Counted from the stretch's first letter, positions 1-14,054 are shown. The stretch is 64,000 nt of DNA from Eledone cirrhosa (GCA_964016885.1 OZ024740.1:281418001-281482000), one strand, 5' to 3'. The notes: generated by a model not told the origin, from the letters alone. Numbers and translations: made by a program.

Positions 1-353
1 CAAAACAAAACAACCAAAACGATACATACTACACAGCATTAAATTTGAACAACAACCAATTATTACACTACATGCAACACAACACCAGGATCACAGAAAA
101 AACTACACAACAACCCAAAAGTTCACACCACCTCCACACATACAAATCACTCGAATCACACAGAAAACGTACACGACACTAAAACAAAAATTCCCCAAAG
201 ACATCGGAGACTTCCGACAAGCACTCTCCAGGAGGATTTATAAGGACATCCTTCCGGAGGAGGCCACAAGCAGTGAAAAGGATGGAGAAACCATCCTTCC
301 TCTACGAGAAGTAAGGTAAGTGGTCTTTCCCATATTTTCCACTCCATTTCAAC

Positions 354-3300
354 ATGACCTCACTCAGAATAGGCAGCATAAATGCGAGTGGCTTGGGGTC
401 GTCATGGAAGCAGGGCCACCTGCTCAACGACCTCAGGTCACTAAACATAGATGTAGTGGCCATCAGCGAGACCAGAATCTCCGAAGCAAGGGCCTTCGCA
501 CCGATCTTCGACAGGAGCAGGCGGCCTGATTTCTTCCGGCGTCTGGAGACCTTTCTTGGAACGTCCCGCTCTCTAGTGTTAGTGGGCGACTGGAACGGGA
601 TCTTAGATGCACGCTGGGACTGTATGGGATTAGCGGATAGGAGAGGAGGGTGCAAGTGTCTCACCAACCTGCTCACGCGTTTTGAACTGTCTGACAGGTA
701 CCGATTGGATTTCCCGAATGTGCCAATGTGGACTTGGACAAATCGCATTGGGTCATCCAGATCATATCTAGATAGAGTATTTTGTAGGGAAAGAAATAGG
801 TCTAGCATAGGCTGTCCACAATTCAAGATAGTCAGCTACACGGACCACAAATTCGTGATCTGTGTGCTTGACTTAGATAGGCTTCATAGACGAGGACCTG
901 GCTACTGGAATCTAAACGCATCCTTACCAGCGCGCAAGGCCTACAGAGACCGGATTAGCGAACTAGTTAAGCGGGCATTGACGGGGGCCATCGTCAACAA
1001 CAAGTGGTGGTTTGCTCTGAAAAGAGCGATTAGAATAGAGTCCATTAGATTTAGCAAGGCTTTAGCAATAGAGAAAAATAGAGCAGAGGGAGAACTAGTT
1101 AAAAAATTAGACGAGGCGCTTAGCAAAGGCATCGCGACCGACGTACTTGCGGCGAAATTGGCCCTTGACCAATTCTTCAATGCAAAGCACGAAGGCTGCG
1201 TTGTCAGAGCTAGGGTGCGTGTCTCAGACACGAGGGTACGAAAGCCGTTCAATGAGTCTGTGTGGCGGAGGCGCGTCGTGGCAACAAAGCCACGATCCGG
1301 TCTTTGGTGGACCACGACGGGCGCATGCTACTCGATCCCGGGCAAATGTGTGAAGCTTTCTAGCGACACTTCGCCCAGCTGTTCGGGGGCAGCGGCGGGC
1401 CGAATCGAGGGATGGACTTTAGTGTCTACCTCGACGGACTGCCGCGGCTCTCGGCCACTGAGGCGGAGTGTTGCGAAAAGCCGATAACAGCCACTGAAGT
1501 ACGGGAGGCAATGAGTGACTGCACAAGGGGTAAATCGCCTGGTTTGAATAGTCTGCCCTATGAACTTTACGTACTGATGCCAGACTTGTTCGGAGGCCTC
1601 TTGGTGGACGTCTACTGCAACTGGCAACAGAACGGGAGAATTCCCAGCTCTGTGAGCCGAGGAGCTGTGGCGCTGCTGAGAAAGGATCCGAACAAGGGGG
1701 ATAACATAGATAATTTCAGGCCCATAACTCTGCTAAACACAGAGTTCAAGATTTTGGTGCTAGCAAAGAGGTTGGCGCTTGTCGTTGGTGGTCTGGTGGG
1801 AGAGGCGCAGACGTGCGCATTCCCGACAGCTCGATCCACGAAACCTGCACCTCATGCGATACATCATAGAGAGGGTAGCTAGAGAACCTGGAACGGGTGG
1901 GTCCTTGATCAATTTAGATCAGTCGAAAGCTTTCGATAGGGTCGACCATCGTTACCTAGCGGCAGTCCTGAGGGCGGCTGGCTTTGGGCCCGTTTTCAGA
2001 GGCTGGATCGCTGCCATGCACAGCGACATCTGCTCTGTGGTGAGAGTGAACGGTCACATTTCGGAACCGTTCAACATCATGCGCTCGGTCACCTTTCGGA
2101 ACCGTTCAACATCATGCGCTCGGTCACCTTTCGGAACCGTTCAACATCATGCGCTCGGTCCGCCAAGGATGTCCCCTCTCGCCCCTCTTGTAGTATTGAC
2201 TCTCGAGCCATTACTGCACAAACTGGAGACGTTGAGGGGGATAGCGCGCGAACTAGGATGCGGAAGATCCGTGTCACCATATGCGGACGATGTCACCGTA
2301 GTGGTGATGAACGCTAAACACATCGAGGCGATCGGCACTACACTAAGGGAATACGAAGCGGTGACAGAGGCAATGATCAACCAGGAAAAGTCAGTGGGCC
2401 TGCAGCTCGGCACCTGGAGAGGCAGGTGCATGCCGTCCAACAGCATCGTCGGGCGCTGGAGGGACGGACCGGTTAAATTGCTAGGGGTCTGGTTCGGTCC
2501 GGACCTACAGACGGACAAAAACTGCGACGAGGTGACGAGCAGGGTGGCTTCTCTCACCCAGAATTGGGCCGAGAGGAAGCTATCCCTGAAAGGTCGAGCG
2601 GAGGTGGCTAATGTGTATTTCGCGTCCGTCATCTACTACCGCCTGACCGTCGTACCTTGTCCTAAGCCCCACCTGACTGCGCTGGAGCGTTTGCTCTTTC
2701 GCTTTTTGTGGAAGGGACGCGCTCGAATGGTCAGGTGGTTCATCTGCTCACCACCCGCTACGTGGCTGATGATGCGCAGACACGCGCTCAGGCTACGACA
2801 TCTCCACCTCTTCCTCGACGGTGATCAGGTGTGGTCGCCGTTTGCTAGACACGTCTTTCCCCAGCTCGTCTCCTTGACGGAGCTGCAGTCCTGGGTCAAG
2901 CAGAGACCGAGAGTGAGCGCTTGGAGACTGGAATGTCTTCAGGCGCTCACAGCCCTCGACCGATCGGGCAATGTGATCGGTGGAAACTCCACCTTGGCGT
3001 TCTTTAGGGGATTAGTGGAGGGGAAGAGCGACGACGTACTTGGTGAAACTCTAGGTGTCGACGAAAATCAACTAGCCAATCTCTTCGGAAGGACTTTCGG
3101 GCCGGGGCCTATGGACAACTTCCAGAAATCCCTGGCCTGGCAGTGCTACCGAGGAGCTTTGCCAGTTCGGGATAAACTCTACAGGAATGGAGGTGCCGTC
3201 AGCCGGGCATGTCCGAGATGCGCGCACCGCGACGAAACCGTCCTGCACGCACTCGTCCAGTGTCCGAGCATTGCTAGGTTTATGTCGGACACCTGCTGTC

Positions 3301-3593
3301 ACGTGTAGGACGGATCCGGCTATCAGCTGAATCCATCGTGAAGATTGCCCAGCCCTCTTCCTTTAGCCGGGAAGGGCAAGCAGTTTTTACCTGTCTGGTG
3401 GCCATGGCGAAAGAGATAGTATGGTGGACACTTACCTCTTCGGTGATGCGCTGATTAACTTTTTCAAATTTCATTTGAAAAGGAAAATCAGGGTAGAGAG
3501 GGAAGTGCTCTCTTCCCAGCATTTTGTTGAAAGATGGGTGAGGGAAGCAAGTATGGCCCGTGTGAATGGGCCTACTCTGAGTATGTGTCTGTA
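354..3593 (+). pseudogene. Tx1-like ORF2 (APE endonuclease + RT), disrupted
   Basis: Split over ORFs 354-1487, 1412-1882 and 1779-3308. About 190 bp is deleted near 510 relative to the copy at 60060-60255. Confidence 0.9.
2051..2160 (+). repeat. 35-bp unit triplicated inside the RT domain
   Basis: cggtcacmtttcggaaccgttcaacatcatgcgct occurs three times, just before the RQGCPLSP-coding sequence. Confidence 0.95.
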
Positions 3594-3838
3594 AATTAAA
3601 GGTGGAAAACTGGGAGAGGGCACTTGCCCTGGTGGTCAGGGTCCCTGTGGCCTTTGAATGGGCTTTCTCCACAAATGTCTCTCGGAAGTCTCCCCCCTAT
3701 TGTGGAATTTTTCATTGTTATTTTTTATTACATCCTCTGTTTTTTTACACGCAGAAATGCCCATTTGTACCGTCCTGCATTGTCCTGCACTGTCCTTAAT
3801 GTCTACTTTATGTAAACCCTTGTGGTTAATAAAGAAAA

Positions 3839-3839
<1 letters not shown>

Positions 3840-3872
<33 letters not shown>

Positions 3873-3883
3873 GTTATTGTTAT
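3840..3883. repeat. (TTA)n microsatellite between Tx1 3' end and Dong 3' end
   Basis: Read directly from the sequence. Confidence 0.95.
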
Positions 3884-5897
3884 TCCTTGAATCTCAGTCA
3901 TTGATGTTGGTTAACTGGAAAGTCCGTTGGATTGAATATCAAGCCACTACCTGCAGCCTCAGATATTCAGGACGTATCGGAGGGTTCTTGCTGTTCCAAG
4001 CAAGCATGCCTTTTGAAGCGTTCCAAAAAGCGTGAAGGGGCCGATTTTCTTTAACCATCCCTGGAAACCTTTGGAGATAGTCCCCAGTGCGCCTATGACA
4101 ATCGGGATCACTTTGACTTCATGGCAGTTCCAAATCCTTTTCACCTCCCACTTTAGGTCCTGGTATCGGTTAATTTTCTCCCTCTCCTTCTCTTGCACTC
4201 TCGTGTCGAACGGGCAGGCCACATCCACAATCAGGCACGATCTTTTTTCTTTGTCCACAACCACCAGGTCAGGTCTATTGTGTTCCAGTTTTTTGTCCGT
4301 CTGTATCCTAAAATCCCACAGCACCTTCACCTGACTGTTCTCCATCACCGCCTCTGGCCTATGCTCATACCATTTCTCAGAATGTGGTAGATTGTTTACT
4401 TTGCACAGGTGCCAGTGGATCACCCTGCCCATCACATCGTGTCTCCAGCCCTTATAGTGGGTCTGGGCTAGGTGTTTACACTCGGACACAATGTGAGCCA
4501 CAGTCTCCTCTCTCTCTCCACAGATCCTGCACAGTGGGCTAGCCTCCTCCTTGTAGATATGGTGCTTCAACCACTTCGTTTTGAGGGCCTGCTCCTGCGC
4601 AGCCATTAGCATTCCTTCTGTAGCCTTTTTGAGGTCTCCTCTTCTCAACCAGTTCCATGTCTGTGGATCTCTAAATTCAGTTTTCTCAAAGAAGGTACTA
4701 TGAAGGGATTTTCCCCTAAGGCTGCTCTTCCTCCTTGATGTTATTTCCTCCTTGGATATCCCCTGGCCTACTGTCCCCTCCTTCAGTACAGCTCTGAGCA
4801 TTGGCTCCTTACTATAGGTCACGTATTTGTATAGGTTGTTTTTCTCCATCTGAACACAGTCCTCTATGCTGATAAGACCTCTTCCACCCTCAGATCTCCT
4901 TAGGTAGAGTCTATCGACATCACTCCTCTTGTGGAACATGTTGTAGATAGTCAATATCTTCCTAGTCTTCCTATCCATTTCTTTTTGTTCAGCAACATTC
5001 CATCTCAGAATTCCCGCACTGTACCTAATAATAGACACAGCTCGGGAATTTACTGCGCTTATGGCATTTCTGCTGTTCAGATGTGACTTCAATACGCTCC
5101 TTACTCTCCGAATGTATTCAGTTCTTAACAATTCCTTCATTTTTTTGTTCTTTATGCCATCAGCCTCCAGAACGCCCAAATACTTGTATCCTTCCTCAGA
5201 GTCAATTTCCTTTATCATCTCACCTGTTGGTATCTGGATCCCGTTACTTCTGCTCAACCTACCCCTCTTCATCACAATGACTCCACAATTACCAATACCA
5301 AACTGCATACATATATCACTGCTGAAAATACGGACAGTGTCAACAAGCACATCCAACTCCTTCTCACTTTTCCCGAAGAGCTTAAGATCGTCCATGAAGA
5401 GGAGGTGATTGATGGTAAGCTCTCCCCTTCCCAACTTGTATCCTGCTCTCACTTTTCGCAGCATAATGGTCAAGGGCATCAGGGCAAGGACAAACAACAG
5501 AGGGGACAGGCTATCTCCCTGGAAGATACCTCTCTTGATCTTCACGCTTCCCAAGGATACTCCAGTTGATGTCAACTCTGTCTCCCAGGACCCCATACTC
5601 CTGTCCAGCAACTGTCTGATGTTATCTGCCACCCTGAAGATCTCCAGGCTTTTGGTGATCCAGGAATGAGGCACCATGTCAAATGCCTTTCTGTAGTCTA
5701 TCCATCCCATGGCAAGATCAGTGTGTCTCCTCCTACAATTCCCCATTACCATCTTATCAATAAGAAACTGGTCCTTTGTACCACGTGACTTCTTTCGGCA
5801 TCCTTTCTGTTCGTCCGGTAACAAGTTGTTTGTGTGGAGGTGATGGTAGATTTCCTCAGACACAATGCACGTCAACAGTTTCCACATTACGGGCAGA

Positions 5898-5898
<1 letters not shown>
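3884..5898 (-). mobile_element. R4/Dong-clade RLE non-LTR retrotransposon, 5'-truncated, copy A
   Basis: ORF 3959-5887 has RT motifs ([27 protein letters not shown]), a CRIC..H..C knuckle, RHD and a RPD..D..EK restriction-like endonuclease. Both flanks are (TAA)n on its sense strand. Confidence 0.92.
3959..5887 (-). CDS. RT-CCHC-RLE polyprotein fragment, 642 aa open frame
   Basis: Uninterrupted ORF with all C-terminal motifs; the N-terminus is lost to 5' truncation. Confidence 0.85.
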   Translation of the reverse strand: MWKLLTCIVSEEIYHHLHTNNLLPDEQKGCRKKSRGTKDQFLIDKMVMGNCRRRHTDLAMGWIDYRKAFDMVPHSWITKSLEIFRVADNIRQLLDRSMGSWETELTSTGVSLGSVKIKRGIFQGDSLSPLLFVLALMPLTIMLRKVRAGYKLGRGELTINHLLFMDDLKLFGKSEKELDVLVDTVRIFSSDICMQFGIGNCGVIVMKRGRLSRSNGIQIPTGEMIKEIDSEEGYKYLGVLEADGIKNKKMKELLRTEYIRRVRSVLKSHLNSRNAISAVNSRAVSIIRYSAGILRWNVAEQKEMDRKTRKILTIYNMFHKRSDVDRLYLRRSEGGRGLISIEDCVQMEKNNLYKYVTYSKEPMLRAVLKEGTVGQGISKEEITSRRKSSLRGKSLHSTFFEKTEFRDPQTWNWLRRGDLKKATEGMLMAAQEQALKTKWLKHHIYKEEASPLCRICGEREETVAHIVSECKHLAQTHYKGWRHDVMGRVIHWHLCKVNNLPHSEKWYEHRPEAVMENSQVKVLWDFRIQTDKKLEHNRPDLVVVDKEKRSCLIVDVACPFDTRVQEKEREKINRYQDLKWEVKRIWNCHEVKVIPIVIGALGTISKGFQGWLKKIGPFTLFGTLQKACLLGTARTLRYVLNI

Positions 5899-5940
<42 letters not shown>

Positions 5941-5948
5941 GTTATTAT
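5899..5948. repeat. (TTA)n between tandem Dong copies
   Basis: Read directly from the sequence. Confidence 0.95.
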
Positions 5949-8862
5949 TCCTTGAATCTCAGTCATTGATGTTAGTTAACTGGAAAGTCCGTTGGAATGA
6001 ATATCAAGCCACTACCTGCAGCCTGAGATATTCAGGACGTATCGGAGGGTTCTTGCTGTTCCCAGCAAGCATGCCTTTTGAAGCGTTCCAAAAAGCGTGA
6101 AGGGGCCGATTTTCTTTAACCATCCCTGGAAACTTTTGGAGATAGTCCCCAGTGCGCCTATGACAATCGGGATCACTTTGACTTCATGGCAGTTCCAAAT
6201 CCTTTTTACCTCCCACTTTAGGTCCTGGTATCGGTTAATTTTCTCCCTCTCCTTCTCTTGCACTCTTGTGTCGAATGGGCAGGCCACATCCACAATCAGA
6301 GACGATCTTTTTTCTTTGTCCACAACCACCAGGTCAGGTCTATTGTGTTCCAGTTTCTTGTCCGTCTGTATCCTAAAATCCCACAGCACCTTCACCTGAT
6401 CGTTCTCCATCACCGCCTCTGGCTTATGCTCATACCATTTCTCAGAATGTGGTAAATTGTTTACTTTGCACAGGTGCCAGTGGATCACCCTGCCCATCAC
6501 ATCATGTCTCCAGCCCTTATAGTGGGTCTGGGCTAGGTGTTTACATTCGGATACAATGTGAGCCACAGTCTCCTCTCTCCACAGATCCTGCACAGTAGGC
6601 TAGCTTCCTCCTTGTAAATATGGTGTTTCAACCACTTCGTTTTGAGGGCCTGCTCCTGCGCAGCCATTAACATTCCTTCTGTAGCCTTTTTAAGGTCTCC
6701 TCTTCTCAACCAGTTCCATGTCTGTGGATCTCTAAATTCAGTTTTCTCAAAGAAGGTAATATGAAGGGATATTTCCTGAAGGCTGCTCTTTCTCCTTGAT
6801 GTTATTTCCTCCTTGGACATCCCCTGGCCTATTGTCCCCTCCTTCAGTACAGTTCTGAGCATTGGCTCCTTACTATCAGTCACGTATTTGTGTAGGTTGT
6901 TTTTCTCCATCTGAACACAGTCCTCTATGCTGATAAGACCTCTTCCACCCTCATATCTCCTTAGGTAGAGTCTATCGACATCACTCCTCTTGTGGAACAT
7001 GTAGATAGTCAATAGCTTCCTGGTCTTCCTATCCATTTCTTTTTGTTCAGCAACATTCCATCTCAGAATTCCGCACTGTACCTAATAATAGACACAGCTC
7101 GGGAATTTACTGCGCTTATGGCATTTCTGCTGTTCAGATGTAACTTCAATACGCTCCTTACTCTCCGAATGTATTCAGTTCTTAACAATTCCTTCATTTT
7201 TTTGTTCTTTATGCCATCAGCCTCCAGAACGCCCAAATACTTGTATCCTTCTTCAGAGTCAATTTCCTTTATCATCTCACCTGTTGGTACCTGGATTCCG
7301 TTCCTTCTGCTCAACTTACCCCTCTTCATCACAATGACTCCACACTTATTAATACCAAATTGCATACATATATCATTGCTGAAAATACGGACAGTGTCAA
7401 CAAGCACATCCAACTCCTTCTCACTCTTCCCGTAGAGCTTAAGATCGTCCATGAAGAGGAGGTGATTGATGGTAAGCCCTCCCTTTCCCAACCTGTATCC
7501 TGCTCTCACTTTTCGCAGTACACTGGTCAGGGGCATCAGGGCAAGGACAAACAGCAGAGGGGACAGGCTATCTCCCTGGAAGATACCTCTCTTGATCTTC
7601 ACGCTTCCCAAGGATTCTCCAGTTGATGTCAACTCTGTTTCCCAGGACCTCATACTCTTGCCCAACAACTGTCTGATATTATCTGCCACCTTTAAGATCT
7701 CCAGGCTTTTGGTGATCCAAGAATGAGGCACCATGTCAAATGCCTTTCTGTAGTCTATCCATCCCATGGCAAGATCAGTGTGTCTCCTTCTGCAATTCCC
7801 CATTACCATCTTATCAATAAGTAACTGGTCCTTTGTACCACGTGACTTCTTTCGGCATCCTTTCTGTTCGTCCGGTAACAAGTTGTTTGTGTGGAGGTGA
7901 TGGTAGATTTCCTCAGACACAATGCTCGTCAACAGTTTCCACATTACGGACAGACATATGATAGGTCTATAGTTGGTAACATCATTACCCTTGATTCGGT
8001 CTTTCATTATCAGAACTGTGGTACCTTTTGTCAACCACTCTGGTACCTCACCTGACATCAAGCAGTCATTGAACATGGTTGTCAGTTTCGGGTGGAGGGA
8101 TGTTATATTTTTAATCCAATACCCCTGCACACCATCTGGGCCTGGTGATTTCCAGTTGGTTAGTTTTTTGGCCTGCCCCTTAAGAGTTTCAACTGTGATA
8201 CTCAAATCAGTTTGTTGGTGTGCCTGCTCACCGATCTCCCTCTGTACTGTTTCAATCCACACTGCCTGGTCATTATGTCTAACATCCTGCTCCCATATTC
8301 CTCTCAGAATATCCATTTCTTTTTGTTCAGCAACATTCCATCTCAGAATTCCCGCACTGTACCTAATAATAGACACAGCTCGGGAATTTACTGCACTTAT
8401 TGCATTCCTACTGTTCAAATGTGACTTTAATACGCTCCTTACTCTCGGAATGTATTCAGATCTTATCAATTCCTTCATTTTTTCGTCCTTGATGTCATCA
8501 GCCTCCAGAACACCTAAATATTTGTATCCTTCTTCAGTATCAATTTCCTTTATCATCTCACCTGTTGGTACCTGGATTCCGTTGCTTCTGCTCAATTTAG
8601 CCCTCTTCATCACAAGGACTCCACACTTATTAATACCAAATTGCATACACATATCATTGCTGAAAATACGGACAGTGTCAACAAGCACATCCAACTCCTT
8701 CTCACTCTTCCCGAAGAGCTTAAGATCGTCCATGAAGAGGAGGAGATTGGTGGTAAGCTCTACCTTTCCCAACTTGTATCCTGCTCTCACTTTTCGCAGT
8801 ACAATGGTCATGGGTATCAGGGCAAGGAGAAACAACAGAGGGGACAAACTATCTCTCTGGAA
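5946..8862 (-). mobile_element. R4/Dong-clade element copy B, frameshifted, with an extra RT segment at 8312-8862
   Basis: ORFs 7063-8847, 6533-7036 and 6012-6593 closely match copy A and share its 3' UTR. A short TTA run lies at 8863. Confidence 0.92.
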
Positions 8863-10529
8863 GTATTATTATTATTGCTATTGTTTGTTTCATGTGTGGT
8901 TCACTTAGGTTGTTTTTTTTGTTTGTTTGTTTTTTTTCATTGGCCTCCTTTCAATTTTCACAGAGACTGACTCAATTCTTATTGTGCGAACATATAAAGG
9001 AAGTGAAGTAACTTTATTATAAATAATATATTGAATATAGTTTGAGTTACGCCACTGGTTAACTAATTCTTTTTCATCGCTTATACTACAAAATCATTAA
9101 TGTACATATAAAGGCGTAAAACATTTGAATCAAACGTCTTGCTTATATGTATATATCTTATCACAGCTTACTTTAAAACCAATTGGATTCATTAATTATA
9201 TAATATATACAAGACAATTAATTAACTAGACGTTTGTCTGGGTTGTTAATACTCAGCTGATTGTTGGGTTGCACCATACAGATATCAACTGTATGTGCTA
9301 TTAACTATTTTGTGTTGACGATATATTATCTAAAGAAACGTTTTCCGTTTAGAGCCTGAATCTCGCTGAAGTAGAATTTATTCTTATCATGTCAGCATAA
9401 CGTATGTTATAAACTTTTACTTGAACTCTATATTGTAAACTATATATTTAAATGCATATTGTAAAAATCTTTAGTTATCTGTAACTTTTTTTTCTTTTTT
9501 TAGATATATCAATTTCGAAAACAGGGCCGTAATCTATTAAACGTATGTTTGTAAAGGTTTGCCCGTGCTACTGGTTTATCTTCTCTATCTTAATGTTTAA
9601 GTATTCTTTTTTATTCCTCATCACACAGCCATCTTCTCTCGCTCTCACCTTTGTACGTAGCCACCACCCAGTTTATTTTGTATGCAGTTATCGCATGATT
9701 CGCCGCTACTAACACAGTACCGAATCAATAGATTTAACTCCGCTTATTGTTACAAGCTCTTACTTCCATTCATCCGCATCTTCCTCGATTTCTATCTCAC
9801 TTTTCTATCTCCTACTCTTTCAATATCTCCGACGTGTTATATTAAATAACAGGGTTGCCGAGATACGCCCTATTATTGCATCAAAGTAATGCTATATAGT
9901 AATGTAGAGATTCCAAGACGCATTACAAATTATTACAGTAGCGAATTACGATATGTGCATTTCCATTGAAATAGAAATTGCATTGAATATTTATTTTACT
10001 GATAACGTATAAATGGCATCAACGAGCCTGTATGAAATGATAAAATAATTACTGGAACGAATCTAATCCATAATTTAAACTACTTCATAGCTAAACATCT
10101 TTAATAACAGGAGTAACTTTTCTAAACCAAATTTAGTATCAGGGATAGCTATTGTTATTCCAACTCATGTGATATTAGGTGATATTCTAAAAACATTGAG
10201 ATCTAGCCAAAAGCTAACAGAGGATATAAAAATGATAAGAACATTTAGCCAATGTCATGATCATCACTCTACTTTACTCATTCATTAGTTACGATGTATG
10301 ATGACTTGTCCTCTATTTATTTCACTTTCCCCCACTATCTCTAACTTTCTTTCTTTCTCGGTCCATATATGTCTCTTATGATGGATATCTTTCTATTCCA
10401 TTCTCAAACAAGTTCCCCTTCTAGTTATGTCTTCTTGCACAGTGTCTCTCACATTTTATTTCCTACTATTTCTTTCTCGAGAGAACAGAAAGAGAAGACA
10501 GAATGGCTAGATTTAGATAGGCATAAGAA

Positions 10530-10601
<72 letters not shown>

Positions 10602-12394
10602 ATTCGATAAGTATGTTATCACTTCTAAAGTTCTGAATTTTATGAGGGTAACATTTTAAAGATTTAGCTGGCACATAAAGAATGAAATATTATACCGTTG
10701 ATCATTTACCTAAATTCAAACTTTAACAAATATACCGACATATGTTATGGCCTGCCCCTTAAGCTTTTTAAGTATTTAATTTTTATGAATATTTAAATAA
10801 CTATTATGTATATAGGTATATATTAATGAGCCAGTATGTTTATGGTACACGAATATTGAAGATAAGAAAAACTATAAATTTATCCAGGTGGATATTACTA
10901 GCTACTATTCTTCTATAACACCTAAACTTCTAAATAAGGCCCTCTCATATGCTTATAAGCATACTAATCTAACCACAAATGAAATAGATATAATTTTAAC
11001 AGCCAGAAGAACTCTCATAAACTTCAATAATGAATTTTGGACACGCTCAGATAGACATAGAAACTTTGATATCACTATGGGGGCATCTGATTCCGCGCAA
11101 ATCACAGATCTTCTGGGAATTTTCATATTTAACATGATAAATAGAAAACTGCCGGAGATTACCGGTGGTTTATATAGGGACGACATTTTATTTACGGTAG
11201 TCAAACACAACAATATAGAACTAAATGGAGTTAAGAAAAGTATAATAGAATTCTTTAAAACGTACGACCTTAAATTAGAAGTAGAAAATGGTACCAAAAT
11301 AGTTAATTTCCTTGACGTTACCTTTAACTTAAATACTGGCTTCTATTACCCTTCTCATAAGCCTAATGAAAACTTAAATTATGTTAGTAACTATTCAAAT
11401 CACCCTAGATCTGTAAAAGAAAAGCTATAGTAAATAGTGTGCAAAAACGTATTAATAAAATATTAGCTAATAAAGATATATTTGATAAAAATGCTGAATA
11501 CTACAACACGTTAAAAAGAGCAGGATATATGAATAATATAGAATATGTAGATAATAACAATCCAAATATTACTCCTAATAATAATAATAGAAATAATAAC
11601 ATATATAAGAGAAACTCTAATAATTATAAATAAATCGAGAATACGAACTAGATCTAAACCAGTCATATGGTTTGCACCCTCTGCTTCGGTCGCAGTTAAA
11701 ACACCAATTGCAAAACTATTCTTTAAAGCTCTTGACACATCTTTCCATACTCAACATAAATACCATTCCATTTTTAATAGACATACCATTAAATTCTCAA
11801 ATTCTGCAACCAGTAAGATGGCCAAAAACATCACCAAATTAAACGCAAAAATCCTAAAACCAAACCAACTAATTTAAATTCATTTAATTATGTCGGATCT
11901 ACCTACACAGAGTTTAAATCCCGCTTCAATAATCATAAAAATTCTTTTACATAATCCAAACAAAAAATCTTCAACTTCTCTATCTAGCCTAAACGAGAAA
12001 AGGTTGAATATTCGCTGATTTGGAATATTATTTCAAAAGCTACTCCTTTTAATTCCCCTTCAGAAAATTGCGATCTTTGTATAGAGGAAATATTCTATAT
12101 ATTAAAGACCAAAAATTCCCTGAATTTAAGGAATAATTTATTCAGTTGCTGCAGACATAGATTGAACTCAACGTTTAAATATAAATATAAATTTAAAATG
12201 TAGTATATAATTAATTAATTAATTTGAGTAATATATGAAACCTGTCGATAAATCATTAGATTCCTTCATCTTTTTCATCTTTTTCATTTTCTTTGGTTAA
12301 GTACTCAAGTATAAATAAATTTTCTTCCTAAATATAAATATAAATATAATAAACTAATCTAGAGAAATATATTGAGAGCTCTTGAAAGGAGAAA

Positions 12395-12485
12395 ATATTT
12401 TTTATATTTTTTATATTTTTTATATTTTTTATATTTTTTATATTTTTTATATTTTTTATATTTTTTATATTTTTTATATTTTATT
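12395..12485. repeat. (ATTTTTTAT)n-like minisatellite
   Basis: Read directly from the sequence. Confidence 0.8.
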
Positions 12486-12513
12486 GATTTTTTTATTTTT
12501 TGCTTTTATTCTG

Positions 12514-12757
12514 ATAGCTTCTCATAATTTTCGAAAGTTTGTCCTTTCAATATCTTGAGTTAAATATACGTAAGATAAATTTCTATACTAAATCTTTTAA
12601 ACATATTATTTTAACTTAAAATATTCAATAATATAGATAGCCTCTCATAATTTTCGAAAGTTTGTCCTTTCAATATCTTGAGTAAAATATAAGTAAGATA
12701 AATTTCTATACAAAATCTTTTAAACATATTATTTTAACTTAAAATATTCTATAATAT
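12514..12757 (+). repeat. About 123-bp tandem duplication in the PLE 3' region
   Basis: ctcataattttcgaaagtttgtcctttcaatatcttgagt... occurs twice. Confidence 0.85.
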
Positions 12758-13821
12758 TTTAAAATATTTTAATTTTTTAATGTTTTAGAATTGTTTTGTT
12801 TTTAAAATTATATAATTATATTCCCAAAATATAATCCTTTTGTATTTTATGTACTCAATTATACTATGTACTATATTGATGTATACTTATCTCTATACCT
12901 GTATGTATGTATATGTATATTAACATACATATACATGTGTTATATGCATTTTTATGAATATATGTCTGTCTGTATTTATACATGCGTGACGCGTGTCTAC
13001 CAATTGGCTGAGTATGCACACACATGTATATATATGTATATGTAAGAATTGTGTGTGTACATGTACATGTATACCCATACAATTTGATTGCAGATAGACA
13101 TAATTAACAGCCATAAATGCATGACAGCTAATCTTATATATTTATATATATATATTAAACATTTTTAATTAATAACACAAAGGATGTATAACATTAAATA
13201 AAAAAAATCGTTTATGCTTTGTATGTATATATTATATACGGGGGTAGATATGATGTGTATTTTGTGAGTCTGTGTATATATATATTTATGTGTATTTTTG
13301 CGTGTGTTATATGATATGTAGTTTCTCTAGCAATATATAGATTTCTTAATGTTTAAATTCCAATTTTTAATATATTGATCTCAATTTTTAAACTAAATAT
13401 CTAATCATAGTTAAACAATGATTAATTTCTCATATTATATATGTATATTCCATTCATGAATATTAATATTTCTAATTTTATTTATTCATTTCATCTCAAT
13501 TGTTAACTTAACTTAATATGACATGACTTAAGGTTTTCGTTCTCTCCCCTCTCTCTACCTCTATATTTCTCTCTCTCGATTTTTTTTCTCTCTGTTTGGT
13601 GTTTTGATATCTCTCTCTCGTTTTTCTCTCTTTTTTTCTTTTTTCTTTTTTATTTCTTTCTTTATCCCTTTTCTCCCTCTCCGCTTTTCTCTCTCTCCGT
13701 TTTTTAACACAACGACTTACTAATATAAGTAAACAAATCCACTATCCTGATGTCTCCCAAAAGTAACGGTTGCATTTTGAAAGGGTATGTCAATATTTAT
13801 TTATAAAACTGGTATATATTG

Positions 13822-13886
13822 TATTTTGTCTGATGAAAGCATACCATAATTTAACATGGTATCCTTGAAATATGTATAATAAAATA
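13822..13886 (+). ncRNA. Minimal type I hammerhead ribozyme, family A
   Basis: tattttgt-CTGATGA-aagcatacca..tggtatcctt-GAAA-tatgta-TA-ataaaata. Confidence 0.75.
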
Positions 13887-14014
13887 GATATGGTTTTATA
13901 AATATAGTTTCCATTTGTTAATATCGCATATTTACTCCAAATACTTGTCGAGTGCTTTATATCAGTTATAAAAAATATTTGCTTATTGTATCCCAACAAT
14001 TTAAATAGAACTTT

Positions 14015-14051
<37 letters not shown>

Positions 14052-14054
<3 letters not shown>

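Larger units (their letters stand above)
1..3840 (+). mobile_element. Tx1/L1-clade non-LTR retrotransposon copy 1 (end of ORF1, frameshifted ORF2, 3' UTR)
   Basis: ORF2 from 354 has APE motifs (GSINASGL, GDWN, SYLDRVF, TDHK). RT motifs follow (KSPGLN, NFRPITLLNTEFKI, LDQSKAFDRV, YADD), then a C-terminal CPRC..ETVLH..C. AATAAA near 3826 is followed by (TTA)n. The 5' part runs off the window. Confidence 0.93.
10815..13925 (+). mobile_element. Penelope-like element, decayed: RT, Asn-rich linker, GIY-YIG, long AT-rich 3' region ending in an HHR
   Basis: Motifs FIQVDITSYY, FDITMGASDSAQI, GGLYRDD, NFLDVTF, WFAP, YVGST..FKSRFNNH, CDLCIEE and CCRHR. Confidence 0.85.

Noticed and set aside
2051-2160. 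35-bp repeats resembling a CRISPR array
   Set aside because: There are no spacers, the repeats lie inside a LINE RT, and the context is eukaryotic.
302-8970. Antisense ORFs overlapping the LINEs
   Set aside because: They are shadow frames of the RT coding sequences.
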